64,000 bases of DNA. Source: the human T2T-CHM13v2.0 reference genome, Homo sapiens. The translations under genes and the position numbers were made by a program. The stretch lies in assembly GCF_009914755.1 (NCBI RefSeq), contig NC_060939.1; one strand, 5' to 3'. The notes below the pieces were generated by a model. That model made no database searches and was not told the origin of the DNA. It was given only the letters and a program-made list of their open reading frames with translations. This document shows positions 15,001 to 30,400 of the stretch, one piece after another; position 1 is the first letter of the stretch; each line of letters starts with the position of its first letter.

Positions 15001-16599
15001 TTCCATTCTATTACTTTCATTTCCATTCAATTCCATTCCATTTGATTCCATTCCACTCGGTTTCATTCCATTTGAGTCCATTCCATTCTATTCCATTCCA
15101 TTCCATTCCATTCAGTTCCATTCCATTCTGTTCCATTCCATTCCATTCCATTCCATTCCATTCCATTCCATTCGGTACCATTCCATATTGTTCCATTCGA
15201 TTCCATTCGAATCCATTCCATTCCAGTCCATTCTATTCGAATCCATTCCATTCCTTTCAATTCCATTCCATTCCATTCCATTCCACTTCATTCCACTCCA
15301 TTCCCTTCCACTGCATTCCATTCGATTCCATTCCATTGCATTGCATTCCATTCCATTGGATTGCATTCCATTCGATTCCATTCCATTCGAATCAATTACA
15401 TAGCAATCCATTACATTCGAGTCTATTCTATTCCGTTCCATTCGATTTCGTTCCAATCCATTCGATTCCTTTCCATTCGATTCCATTCCATACTATTGCA
15501 TTCCATTCGATTAAATTATATTCGAATAAGTTCCATTCAAGACCATTTCTTTTGACTCCATTCTATTTGAGTCCATTCCCTTTGATTACATAACATTTGC
15601 GTCCATTCAATTCCATTCCTTTCGTTTCCATTCCATTTGATGTCATTCCATTCAATTCTGTTCTACTCGACTCCAATACATTCAATTTCATTCCATCCGA
15701 TTCCATTACATTCTTTTCATTTCTTATCCATTTCAAGCCATTCCATTCCATTCCATTCCATTCCACTCGTTTCCTTTCCATTCGACTCCATTCCTCTCCA
15801 GTCCATTCCGTTCAATCCATTTCATTCCAGTCCATTCCATTCGAGTCTGTTCCATTCCAGTCCATTCCATTCGAGTCAATTCCATTCCATTCGATGTGTT
15901 TCCATAAAGATCCATTCCATTCTATTCCTTTCGATTCCATTCCATTCTATTTCATTCCATTCGATTCCCTTCCATTGGACTCCTTTCCATTCGAGTGCAT
16001 TCCTTTCCGTTCCATTTCTTTCCCTTCTGTACGATTCCTACCGTTCGATTTCATTTTGTTCCAGTCCATTCCTTTCGCGTCCATTCCATTCCATTTCACT
16101 CCATTCGATTCCATTCCATTCGATTCCATTCCACTCGATTCCACTTCGTTCCATTTCATTGCATTCCATTCTATTCAACTCTATTGCCTTCCATTCCATT
16201 CCATTCGATTACATTCCATGCGATTCCATTCGAGATCGAATCAATTAAATTGCAATCCGTTACTATTGAGTCCGTTTTATTCCAGTCCACTGCATTCTGG
16301 TCCATTCCGTTTGATTCCATTCCATTCTATTCCATTCCATACAGTTGCATTCCATTGGATTCCATTCTATATCTATAAATTAATTTTGAGACCATTGCTT
16401 TTGAGTCCATTCTGTATGATTCCATTCCATTCAAGTCCATTACATTTGGTTCCATTCCTTTCCATTCCATTCCCTTCCATTCCATTCCATTTGATATCAA
16501 TCCATTCGATTCCATTCCAGTCGACCACATTCCATTCGAGTCCATTCGATTCGATGCCATTCCATTTGATTCTATTCCATTAGTCTCCATTCAATTCCA

Positions 16600-19500
16600 T
16601 TAATCTCCATTCCATTCCATTCTACTCCAACTGATTCCATTCCATTCTATTCCTTTCCATTCCATTTCATTCCATTCCATTCCATTTCATTCCATTCCAT
16701 TCGGTCCCATTCCATATTGTTCCATTCGATTCCATTAATCTCCATTCCATTCCATTCTACTCCAACTGATTCCATTCCATTCTATTCCTTTCCATTCCAT
16801 TTCATTCCATTCCATTCCATTTCATTCCATTCCATTCCATTCGCTTCCATTCCATTCGTGTCCATTCCATTCCAGTCCATTCCATTTGTGTCCACTGCAT
16901 TCCATTCCACTCCATTCCATATTATTCCATTACACTCCATTCCATTCTATTACTTTCATTTCCATTCAATTCCATTCCATTTGATTCCATTCCACTCGAT
17001 TTCATTCCATTTGAGTCCATTCCATTCCATTCCATTCCATTCAGTTCCATTCCATTCTGTTCCATTCCATTCCATTCCATTCCATTCCATTCCATTCCAT
17101 TCCATTCGGTACCATTCCATATTGTTCCATTCGATTCCATTTGAATCCATTACATTCCAGTCCATTCCATTCGAGTCCATTCCATTCCTTTCAATTCCAT
17201 TCCAATCCATTCCATTCCGCTTGATTCCACTCCATTCCCTTCCACTGCATTCCATTCGATTCCATTCCATTGCATTGCATTCCATTCCATTGGATTGCAT
17301 TCCATTCGATTCCATTCCATTCGAATCAATTACATAGCAATCCATTACATTCGAGTCTATTCTATTCCGTTCCATTCGATTTCGTTCCAATCCATTCGAT
17401 TCCATTCCATTCGATTCCATTCCATACTATTGCATTCCCTTCGATTAGATTATATTCGAATAAGTTCCATTCAAGACCGTTTCTTTTGAGTCCATTCTAT
17501 TTGAGTCCATTCCCTTTGATTCCATAACATTTGAGTCCATTCAATTCCATTCCTTTCGTTTCCATTCCATTTGATGCCATTCTATTCAATTCTGTTCTAC
17601 TCGACTCCAATACATTCAATTCCATTCCATCCGATTCCATTACATTCTTTTCATTTCTTATCCATTTCAAGCCATTCCATTCCATTCCATTCCACTCGTT
17701 TCCTTTCCATTCGAGTCCATTCCTCTCCAGTCCATTCCGTTCAATCCATTCCATTCCAGTCCATTCCATTCGAGTCCATTCCATTCCAGTCCATTCCATT
17801 CGAGTCAATTCCATTCCATTTGATGTCTTTCCATAACGATCCATTCCATTCTATTCCTTTCGATTCCATCCCGTTCTATTTCATTCCATTCGATTCCCTT
17901 CCATTGGACTCCTTTCCATTCGAGTGCATTCCATTCCGTTCCATTTCTTTCCGTTCTGTACGATTCCTAACGTTCGATTTCATTTTGTTCCAGTCCATTC
18001 CTTTCGCGTCCATTCCATTCCATTTCACTCCATTCGATTCCATTCCACTCGATTCCACTTCGTTCCATTTCATTGCATTCCATTCTATTCAACTCTATTG
18101 CCTTCCATTCCATTCCATTCGATTACATTCCATGCGATTCCATTCGAAATCGAATCAATTACATTGCAATCCATTACTATAGAGTCCGTTTTATTCTAGT
18201 CCTCTGCATTCTGGTCCATTCCATTTGATTCCATTCCATTCTATTCCATTCCATGCAGTTGCATTCCATTGGATTCCATTCTATACCTATATATTCAATT
18301 CGAGACCATTGCATTTGAGTCCATTCTATATGATTCCATTCCATTCAAGTCCATTACATTTGGTTCCATTCCATTCCATTCCCTTCCATTCCATTCCATT
18401 TGATATCAATCCATTCAATTCCATTCCATTCGAGCACATTCCATTCGAGTCCATTCCATTCGATGCCATTCCATTTGATTCTATTCCATTAGTCTCCATT
18501 CAATTCCATTAATCTCCATTCCATTCCATTCTACTCCAACTGATTCCATTCCATTCTATTCGTTTCCATTCCATTTCATTCCATTCCATTCCATTTCATT
18601 CCATTCCATTCCATTCGCTTCCATTCCATTCGTGTCCATTCCACTCCAGTCCATTCCATTCGTGTCCATTCCGTTCCAGTCCATTCCATTTGAGTCCACT
18701 GCATTCCATTCCACTCCATTCCATATTATTCCATTACACTCCATTCCAATCTATTACTTTCATTTCCATTCAATTCCATTCCATTTGATTCCATTCCACT
18801 CGGTTTCATTCCATTTGAGTCCATTCCATTCTATTCCATTCCATTCCATTCCATTCAGTTCCATTCCATTCTGTTCCATTCCATTCCATTCAATTCCATT
18901 CCATTCCATTCCATTCCATTCGGTCCCATTCCATATTGTTCCATTCGATTCCATTAATCTCCATTCCATTCCATTCTACTCCAACTGATTCCATTCCATT
19001 CTATTCCTTTCCATTCCATTTCGTTCCATTCCATTCCATTCGCTTCCGTTCCATTCGTGTCCATTCCATTCCAGTCCATTCCGTTTGTGTCCACTGCATT
19101 CCATTTCACTCCATTCCATATTATTCCATTACACTCCATTCCATTCTATTACTTTCATTTCCATTCAATTCCATTCCATTTCATTCCATTCCACTCGGTT
19201 TCATTCCATTTGAGTCCATTCCATTCCATTCCATTCCATTCCATTCAGTTCCATTCCATTGTGTTCCATTCCATTCCATTCCATTCCATTCCATTCCATT
19301 CCATTCGGTACCATTCCATATTGTTCCATTCGATTCCATTCGAATCCATTCCATTCCAGTCCATTCTATTCGAATCCATTCCATTCCATTCAATTCCATT
19401 CCATTCCATTCCCTTCCATTCCATTCCAGTTGATATCAATCCATTCGATTCCATTCCAGTCGACCACATTCCATTCGAGTCCATTCCATTCGATGCCATT

Positions 19501-20500
19501 CCATTTGATTCTATTCCATTAGTCTCCATTCAATTCCATTAATCTCCATTCCATTCCATTCTACTCCAACTGATTCCATTCCATTCTATTCCTTTCCATT
19601 CCATTTCATTACATTCCATTCCATTTCATTCCATTCCATTCCATTCGCTTCCATTCCATTCGTGTCCATTCCACTCCATTCCATTCCATTCGTGTCCAGT
19701 CCATTCTAGTCTATTCCATTTGTGTCCACTGCATTCCATTCCACTCCATTCCATATTATTCCATTACACTCCATTCCATTCTATTACTTTCATTTCCATT
19801 CAATTCCATTCCATTTGATTCCATTCCACTCGGTTTCATTCCATTTGTGTCCATTCCATTCCATTCCATTCCATTCCATTCCATTCCATTCAGTTCCATT
19901 CCATTCTGTTCCATTCCATTCCATTCCATTCCATTCCATTCCGTACCATTCCATATTGTTCCATTCGATTCCATTCGAATCCATTCCATTCCAGTCCATT
20001 CCATTCCATTCCATTCCACTTGATTCCACTCCATTCCCTTCCACTGCATTCCATTCGATTCCATTCCATTGCATTGCATTCCATTCCATTGGATTGCATT
20101 CCATTCGATTCCATTCCATTCGAATCAATTTCATAGCAATGCATTACATTCAAGTCTATTCTATTCCGTTTCATTCGATTTCGTTCCAATGCATTCAATT
20201 CCATTCCATCCGATTCCATTACATTCTTTTCATTTCTTATCCATTTCAAGCCATTCCATTCCATTCCATTCCACTCGTTTCCTTTCCATTCGAATGCATT
20301 CCACTCCAGTCCATTCCATTCGTGTCCATTCCATTCCAGTCCATTCCATTTTTGTCCACTGCATTCCATTACACTCCATTCCATATTATTCCATTACACT
20401 CCATTCCATTCTATTACTTTCATTTCCATTCAATTCCATTCCATTTGATTCCATTCCACTCGGTTTCATTCCATTTGAGTCCATTCCATACCATTCCATT
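16600..20500 (+). repeat. Rearranged zone of partial monomers (internal duplications and deletions)
   Basis: Landmark spacing is 1934 and then ~3474 instead of ~1790. The CACTCGGTTTC sub-block appears four times within ~1.7 kb (~18800, 19195, 19830, 20460). The TTAATCTCC..CTACTCCAACTG block is repeated at ~16600/16735 and ~18510/18955/19540. Confidence 0.85.
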
Positions 20501-23500
20501 CCATTCCATTCCATTCCATTCCCTTCCATTCCATTCTGTTAAATTCCATTCCATTCCATTCCATTCCATTCCATTCGGTACCATTCCATATTGTTCCATT
20601 CGATTCCATTCGAATCCATTCCATTCCAGTCCATTCCATTCGATTCCATTCCATTCATTTCAATTCCATTCCATTCCATTCCATTACATTCCACTTGATT
20701 CCTCTCCATTCCGTTCCACTGCATTCCGTTCGATTCCATTCCATTGCATTGCATTCCATTCCATTGGATTGCATTCCATTCGATTCCATTCCATTCGAAT
20801 CAATTATATAGCAATCCATTACATTCGAGTCTATTCTATTCCGTTCCATTCGATTTCGTTCCAATCCATTCGATTCCATTCCATTCGATTCCATTCCATA
20901 CTATTGCATTCCATTCGATTACATTATATTCGAATAAGTTCCATTCAAGACCATTTCTTTTGAGTCCATTCTATTTGAGTCCATTCTCTTTGATTCCATA
21001 ACTTTTCAGTCCATTCAATTCCATTCCTTTCGTTTCCATTCCATTTGATGCCATTCCATTCAATTCTGTTCTACTCGACTCCAATACATTCAATTCCATT
21101 CCATCCGATTCCATTACATTCTTTTCATTTCTTATCCATTTCAAGCCATTCCACTCCATTCCATTCCACTCGTTTCCTTTCCATTCGAGTCCATTCCTCT
21201 CCAGTCCATTCCGTTCAATCCATTCCATTCCAGTCCATTCCATTCGAGTCCGTTCCATTCCAGTCCATTCCATTCGAGTCAATTCCATTCCATTCGATGT
21301 CTTTCCATAACGATCCATTCCATTCTATTCCTTTCGATTCCATTCCGTTCTATTTCATTCCATTCGATTCCCTTCCATTGGACTCCTTTCCATTCGAGTG
21401 CATTCAATTCCGTTCCATTTCTTTCCGTTCTGTACGATTCCTACCGTTCGATTTCATTTTGTTCCAGTCCATTCCTTTCGCGTCCATTCCATTCCATTTC
21501 ACTCCATTCGATTCCATTCCACTCGATTCCACTTTGTTCCATTTCATTGCATTCCATTCTATTCAACTCTATTGCCTTCCATTCCATTCCATTCGATTAC
21601 ATTCCATGCGATTCCATTCGAAATCGAATCAAATACATTGCAATCCATTACTATTGAGTCCGTTTTATTCCAGTCCACTGCATTCTGGTCCATTCCATTT
21701 GATTCCATTCCATTCTATTCCATTCCATACAGTTGCATTCCATTGGATTCCATTCTATATCTATAAATTCAATTCGAGACCATTGCTTTTGAGTCCATTC
21801 TATATGATTCCATTCCATTCAAGTCCATTACATTTGGTTCAATTCCATTCCATTCCATTCCCTTCCATTCCATTCCATTTGATATCAATCCATTCGATTC
21901 CATTCCATTCGAGCACATTCCATTCGAGTCCATTCCATTCGATGCCATTCCATTTGATTCTATTCCATTAGTCTCCATTCAATTCCATTAATCTCCATTC
22001 CATTCCATTCTACTCCAACTGATTCCATTCCATTCTATTCCTTTCCATTCCATTTCATTCCATTCCATTCCATTTCATACCATTCCATTCCATTCGTGTC
22101 CATTCCACTCCAGTGCATTCCATTCGTGTCCATTCCATTCCAGTCCATTCCATTTGTGTCCACTTCATTCCATTCCACTCCATTCCATATTATTCCATTA
22201 CACTCCATTCCATTCTATTACTTTCATTTCCATTCAATTCCATTCCATTTGATTCCATTCCACTCGGTTTCATTCCATTTGAGTCCACTCCATTCCATTC
22301 CATTCCATTCCATTCAGTTCCATTCCATTCTGTTCCATTCCATTCCGTTCCATTGCATTCCATTCCATTCGGTACCATTCCATATTGTTCCATTCGATTC
22401 CATTCGAATCCATTCCATTCCAGTCCATTCCATTCGATTCCATTCCATTCCTTTCAATTCCATTCCATTCCATTCCACTTGATTCCACTCCATTCCCTTC
22501 CACTGCATTCCATTCGATTCCATTCCATTGTATTGCATTCCATTCCATTGGATTGCATTGCATTCGATTCCATTCCATTCGAATCAATTACCTAGCAATC
22601 CATTACATTCGAGTCTATTCTATTCCGTTCCATTCGATTTCGTTCCAATCCATTCGATTCCATTCCATTCGATTCCATTCCATACTATTGCATTCCATTC
22701 TATTAAATTATATTCGAATAAGTTGCATTCAAGACCATTTCTTTTGAGTCCATTCAATTTGAGTCCATTCCCTTTGATTCCATAACATTTGAGTCCATTC
22801 AATTCCATTCCTTTCGTTTCCATTCCATTTGATGCCATTCCATTCAATTCTGTTCTACTCGTCTCCAATACATTCAATTCCATTCCATCCGATTCCATTA
22901 CATTCTTTTCATTTCTTATCCATTTCAAGTCATTCCATTACATTCCATTCCACTCGTTTCCTTTCCATTCGAGTCCATTCCTCTCCAGTCCATTCCGTTC
23001 AATCCATTCCATTCTAGTCCATTCCATTCGAGTCCGTTCCATTCCAGTCCATTCCATTCGAGTCAATTCCATTCCATTTGATGTCTTTCCATAACGATCC
23101 ATTCCATTCTATTCCTTTCGATTCCATCCCGTTCTATTTCATTCCATTCGATTCCCTTCCATTGGACTCCTTTCCATTCGAGTGCATTCCATTCCGTTCC
23201 ATTTCTTTCCGTTCTGTACGATTCCTACCGTTCGATTTCATTTTGTTCCAGTCCATTCCTTTCGCGTCCATTCCATTCCATTTCACTCCATTCGATTCCA
23301 TTCCACTCGATTCCACTTCGTTCCATTTCATTGCATTCCATTCTGTTCAACTCTATTGCCTTCCATTCCATTCCATTCGATTACATTCCATGCGATTCCA
23401 TTCGAAATCGAATCAATTACATTGCAATCCATTACTATAGAGTCCGTTTTATTCCAGTCCACTGCATTCTGGTCCATTCCATTTGATTCCATTCCATTCT

Positions 23501-24440
23501 ATTCCATTCCATACAGTTGCATTCCATTGGATTCCATTCTATATCTATAAATTCAATTCGAGACCATTGCTTTTGAGTCCATTCTATATGATTCCATTCC
23601 ATTCAAGTCCATTACATTTGGTTCAATTCCATTCCATTCCATTCCCTTCCATTCCATTCCAGTTGATATCAATCCTTTCGATTCCATTCCATTCGAGCAC
23701 ATTCCATTCGAGTCCATTCCATTCGATGCCATTCCATTTGATTCTATTCCATTAGTCTCCATTCAATTCCATTAATCTCCATTCTATTCCATTCTACTCC
23801 AACTGATTCCATTCAATTCTATTCCTTTCCATTCCATTTCATTCCATTCCATTCCATTTCATTCCATTCCATTCCATTCGCTTCCATTCCATTCGTGTCC
23901 ATTCCACTCCAGTCCATTCCATTCGTGTCCATTCCATTCCAGTCCATTCCATTTGTGTCCACTGCATTCCATTCCACTCCATTCCATATTACTCCATTAC
24001 ACTCCATTCCATTCTATTACTTTCATTTCCATTCAATTCCATTCCATTTGATTCCATTCCACTCGGTTTCATTCCATTTGAGTCCACTCCATTCCATTCC
24101 ATTCCATTCCATTCCATTCCATTCAGTTCCATTCCATCCTGTTCCATTCCATTCCATTCCATTGCATTCCATTCCATTCGGTACCATTCCGTATTGTTCC
24201 ATTCGATTCAATTCGAATCTATTCAATTCCAGTCCATTCCATTCGATTCCATTCCATTCCTTTCAAGTCCATTCCATTCCATTCCATTCCATTCCACTTG
24301 ATTCCACTCCATTCCCTTCCACTGCATTGCATTCGATTCCATTCCATTGCATTGCATTCCATTCTATTGGATTGCATTCCATTCGATTCCATTCCATTCG
24401 AATCAATTACATAGCAATCCATTACATTCGAGTCTATTCT

Positions 24441-24490
24441 ATTCCGTTCCATTCTATTTCGTTCCATTCGATTCCCTTCAATTGGACTCC
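24441..24490 (+). other. Junction of ~499-bp intra-monomer deletion (first copy)
   Basis: ATTCCGTTCCATTCTATTTCGTTCCATTCGATTCCCTT joins the equivalent of position ~1161 to the equivalent of ~1660. The landmark spacing is 3074. Confidence 0.85.
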
Positions 24491-27400
24491 TTTCCATTCG
24501 AGTGCATTCCATTCCGTTCCATTTCTTTCCGTTCTGTACGATTCCTACCGTTCGATTTCATTTTGTTCCAGTCCAATCCTTTCGCGTCCATTCCATTCCA
24601 TTTCACTCCATTCGATTCCATTCCACTCGATTCCACTTCGTTCCATTTCATTGCATTCCATTCTATCCAACTCTATTGCCTTCCTTTCCATTCCATTCGA
24701 TTACATTCCATGCGATTCCATTCAAAATCTAATCAATTACATTGCAATCCATTACTATAGAGTCCGTTTTATTCCAGTCCACTGCTTTCTGGTCCATTCC
24801 ATTTGATTCCATTCCATTCTATTGCATTCCATACAGTTGCATTCCATTGGATTCCATTCTATATCTATAAATTCAATTCGAGACCATTGCTTTTGAGTCC
24901 ATTCTATATGATTCCATTCCATTCAAGTCCATTACATTTGGTTCAATTCCATTCCATTCCATTCCCTTCCATTCCATTCCATTTGATATCAATCCATTAG
25001 ATTCCATTCCATTCGAGCACATTCCATTCGAGTCCATTCCATTCGATGCCATTCCATTTGATTCTATTCCATTAGTCTCCATTCAATTCCATTAATCTCC
25101 ATTCCATTCCATTCTAATCCAACTGATTCCATTCCATTCTATTCAATCCCATTCCATTTCATTCCATTCCATTCCATTTCATTGCATTATATTCCATTCG
25201 TGTCCATTCCACTCCAGTCCATTCCATTCGTGTCCATTCCATTCCAGTCCATTCCATTTGTGTCCACTGCATTCCATTCCACTCCATTCCATATTATTCC
25301 ATTCCACTCCATTCCATTCTACTACTTTCATTTCCATTCAATTCCATTCCATTTGATTCCATTCCACTCGGTTTCATTCCATTTGAGTCCACTCCATTCC
25401 ATTCCATTCCATTCCATTCAGTTCCATTCAATCCTGTTGCATTCCATTCCATTCCATTGCATTCCATTCCATTCGGTACCATTCCATATTGTTCCATTCG
25501 ATTCCATTCGATTCCATTCCAATCCTTTCAAATCCATTCCATTTCATTCCATTCCATTCCATTCCACTTGATTCCACTCCATTCCCTTCCACTGCATTCC
25601 ATTCGATTCCATTCCATTGCATTGCATTCCATTCCATTGGATTGCATTCCAATCGATTCCATTCCATTCGAATCAATTATATAGCAATCCATTACATTCG
25701 AGTCTATTCTATTCCGTTCCATTCGATTTCGTTCCAATCCATTTGATTCCATTCCATACTATTGCATTCCATTCGATTACATTATATTCGAATAAGTTCC
25801 ATTCAAGACCATTTCTTTTGAGTCCATTCTATTTGAGTCCATTCCCTTTGATTCCATAACATTTGAGTCCATTCAATTCCATTCCTTTCGTTTCCATTCC
25901 ATTTGATGCCATTCCATTCAATTCTGTTCTACTCGACTCCAATACATTCAATTCCATTCCATCCGATTTCATTACATTCTTTTCATTTCTTATCCATTTC
26001 AAGCCATTCCATTCCATTCCATTCCACTCGTTTCCTTCCATTCGAGTCCATTCCTCTCCAGTCCGTTCCGCTCAATCCATTCCATTCCAGTCCATTCCAT
26101 TCGAGTCCGTTCCAGTCCAGTCCATTCCATTCGAGTCAATTCCATTCCATTCGATGTCTTTCCATAACGATCCATTCCATTCTATTCCTTTCGATTCCAT
26201 TCCATTCTATTTCATTCCATTCGATTCCCTTCCATTGGACTCCTTTCCATTCCAGTGCATTCCATTCCGTTCCATTTCTTTCCGTTCTGTACGATTCCTA
26301 CCGTTCGATTTCATTTTGTTCCAGTCCATTCCTTTCGCGTTCATTCCTTTCCATTTCACTCCATTCGATTCCATTCCACTCGATTCCACTTCGTTCCATT
26401 TCATTGCATTCCATTCTATTCAACTCTATTGCCTTCCATTCCATTCCATTCGATTATATTCCATGCGATTCCATTCAAAATTGAATCAATTACATTGCAA
26501 TCCATTACTATAGAGTCCGTTTTATTCCAGTCCACTGCATTCTGGTCCATTCCATTTGATTCCATTCCATTCTATTCCATTCCATACAGTTGCATTCCAT
26601 TGGATTCCATTCTATATCTATAAATTCAATTCGAGACCATTGCTTTTGAGTCCATTCTATATGATTCCATTCCATTCAAGTCCATTACATTTGGTTCAAT
26701 TCCATTCCATTGCATTCCCTTCCATTCCATTCCAGTTGATATCAATCCATTCGATTCCATTCCATTCGAGCACATTCCATTCGAGTCCATTCCATTCGAT
26801 GCCATTCCATTTGATTCTATTCCATTAGTCTCCATTCAATTCCATTAATCTCCATTCCATTCCATTCTACTCCAACTGATTCCATTCCATTCTATTCTTT
26901 CCCATTCCATTTCATTCCATTCCATTCCATTTCATTGCATTCCATTCCATTCGCTTCCATTCCATTCGTGTCCATTCCACTCCAGTCCATTCCATTCTTG
27001 TCCATTCCATTCCAGTCCATTCCATTTGTGTCCACTGCATTCCATTCCACTCCATTCCATATTATTCCATTACACTCCATTCCATTCTATTACTTTCATT
27101 TCCATTCAATTCCATTCCATTTGATTCCATTCCACTCGGTTTCATTCCATTTGAGTCCACTCCATTCCATTCCATTCCATTCAATTCAGTTCCATTCCAT
27201 CCTGTTCCATTCCATTCCATTCCATTGCATTCCATTCCATTCGGTACCATTCCATATTGTTCCATTCGATTCCATTCGAATCTATTCAATTCCAGTCCAT
27301 TCCATTCGATTCCATTCCATTCCTTTCAAATCCATTCCATTCCATTTCTTTCCATTCCACTTGATTCCACTCCATTCCCTTCCACTGCATTGCATTCGAT

Positions 27401-30400
27401 TCCATTCCATTGCATTGCATTCCATTCCATTGGATTGCATTCCATTCGATTCCATTCCATTCGAATCAATTACATAGCAATCCATTACATTCGAGTCTAT
27501 TCTATTCCGTTCCATTCGATTTCGTTCCAATCCATTCGATTCCATTCCATACTATTGCATTCCATTCGATTACATTATATTCGAATAAGTTCCATTCAAG
27601 ACCATTTCTTTTGAGTCCATTCTATTTGAGTCCATTCCCTTTGATTCCATAACATTTGAGTCCATTCAATTCCATTCCTTTCGTTTCCATTCCATTTGAT
27701 GTCATTCCATTCAATTCTGTTCTACTCGACTCCAATACATTCAATTCCATTCCATCCGATTCCATTACATTCTTTTCATTTCTTATCCATTTCAAGCCAT
27801 TCCATTTCATTCCATTCCACTCGTTTCCTTTCCATTCGAGTCCATTCCTCTCCAGTCCATTCCGTTCAATCCATTCCATTCCAGTCCATTCCATTCGAGT
27901 CCGTTCCAGTCCAGTCCATTCCATTCGAGTCAATTCCATTCCATTCGATGTCTTTCCATAACGATCCATTCCATTCTATTCCTTTCGATTCCATTCCATT
28001 CTATTTCATTCCATTCTATTCCCTTCCATTGGACTCCTTTCCATTCGAGTGCATTCCATTCCGTTCCATTTCTTTCCGTTCTGTACGATTCCTACCGTTC
28101 GATTTCATTTTGTTCCAGTCAATTCTTTTCGCGTCCATTCCATTCCATTTCACTGCATTCGATTCCATTCCACTCGATTCCACTTCGTTCCATTTCATTG
28201 CATTCCATTCTATTCAACTCTATTGCCTTCCATTCCATTCCATTCGATTATATTCCATGCGATTCCATTCAAAATCGAATCAATTACATTGCAATCCATT
28301 ACTATAGAGTCCGTTTTATTCCAGTCCACTGCATTCTGGTCCATTCCATTTGATTCCATTCCATTCTATTCCATTCCATACAGTTGCATTCCATTGGATT
28401 CCATTCTATATCTATAAATTCAATTCGAGACCATTGCTTTTGAGTCCATTCTATATGATTCCATTCCATTCAAGTCCATTACATTTGGTTCAATTCCATT
28501 CCATTCCATTCCCTTCCATTCCATTCCAGTTGATATCAATCCATTCGATTCCATTCCATTCGAGCACATTCCATTCGAGTCCATTCCATTCGATGCCATT
28601 CCATTTGATTCTATTCCATTAGTCTCCATTCAATTCCATTAATCTCCATTCCATTCCATTCTACTCCAACTGATTCCATTCCATTCTATTCCTTCCCATT
28701 CCATTTCATTCCATTCCATTCCATTTCATTGCATTCCATTCCATTCGCTTCCATTCCATTCGTGTCCATTCCACTCCAGTCCATTCCATTCTTGTCCATT
28801 CCATTCCAGTCCATTCCATTTGTGTCCACTGCATTCCATTACACTCCATTCCATATTATTCCATTACACTCCATTCCATTCTATTACTTTCATTTCCATT
28901 CAATTCCATTCCATTTTGTTCCATTCCACTCGGTTTCATTCCATTTGAGTCCACTCCATTCCATTCCATTCCATTCCATTCAGTTCCATTCCATCCTGTT
29001 CCATTCCATTCCATTCCATTGCATTCCATTCCATTCGGTACCATTCCATATTGTTCCATTCGATTCCATTCGAATCTATTCAATTCCAGTCCATTCCATT
29101 CGATTCCATTCCATTCCTTTCAAATCCATTCCATTCCATTCCTTTCCATTCCACTTGATTCCACTCCATTCCCTTCCACTGCATTGCATTCGATTCCATT
29201 CCATTGCATTGCATTCCATTCCATTGGATTGCATTCCATTCGATTCCATTCCATTCGAATCAATTACATAGCAATCCATTACATTCGAGTCTATTCTATA
29301 CCGTTCCATTCGATTTCGTTCCAATCCATTCGATTCCATTCCATACTATTGCATTCCATTCGATTACATTATATTCGAATAAGTTCCATTCAAGACCATT
29401 TCTTTTGAGTCCATTCTATTTGAGTCCATTCCCTTTGATTCCATAAAATTTGAGTCCATTCAATTCCATTCCTTTCGTTTCCATTCCATTTGATGTCATT
29501 CCATTCAATTCTGTTCTACTCGACTCCAATACATTCAATTCCATTCCATCCGATTCCATTACATTCTTTTCATTTCTTATCCATTTCAAGCCATTCCATT
29601 TCATTCCATTCCACTCGTTTCCTTTCCATTCGAGTCCATTCCTCTCCAGTCCATTCCGTTCAATCCATTCCATTCCAGTCCATTCCATTCGAGTCCGTTC
29701 CAGTCCAGTCCATTCCATTCGAGTCTATTCCATTCCATTCGATGTCTTTCCATAACGATCCATTCCATTCTATTCCTTTCGATTCCATTCCATTCTCTTT
29801 CACTCCATTCGATTCCCTTCCATTGGACTCCTTTCCATTCGAGTGCATTCCATTCCGTTCCATTTCTTTCCGTTCTGTACGATTCCTACCGTTCGATTTC
29901 ATTTTGTTCCAGTCCATTCCTTTCGCGTCCATTCCATTCCATTTCACTCCATTCGATTCCATTCCACTCGATTCCACTTCGTTCCATTTCATTGCATTCC
30001 ATTCTAATCAACTCTATTGCCTTCCATTCCATTCCATTCGATTACATTCCATGCGATTCCATTCGAAATCGAATAATTTACAATGCAATCCATTACTATT
30101 GAGTCCGTTTTATTCCAGTCCACTGCATTCTGGTCCATTCCATTTGATTCCATTCCATTCTATTCCATTCCATACAGTTGCATTCCATTGGATTCCATTC
30201 TATATCTATAAATTCAATTCGAGACCATTGCTTTTGAGTCCATTCTATATGATTCCATTCCATTCAAGTCCATTACATTTGGTACAATTCCCTTCCATTC
30301 CATTCCCTTCCATTCCATTCCATTTGATATCAATCCATTCGATTCCATTCCATTCGATTCCATTCCATTCGAGTCCATTCCATTCGATGCCATTCCATTT

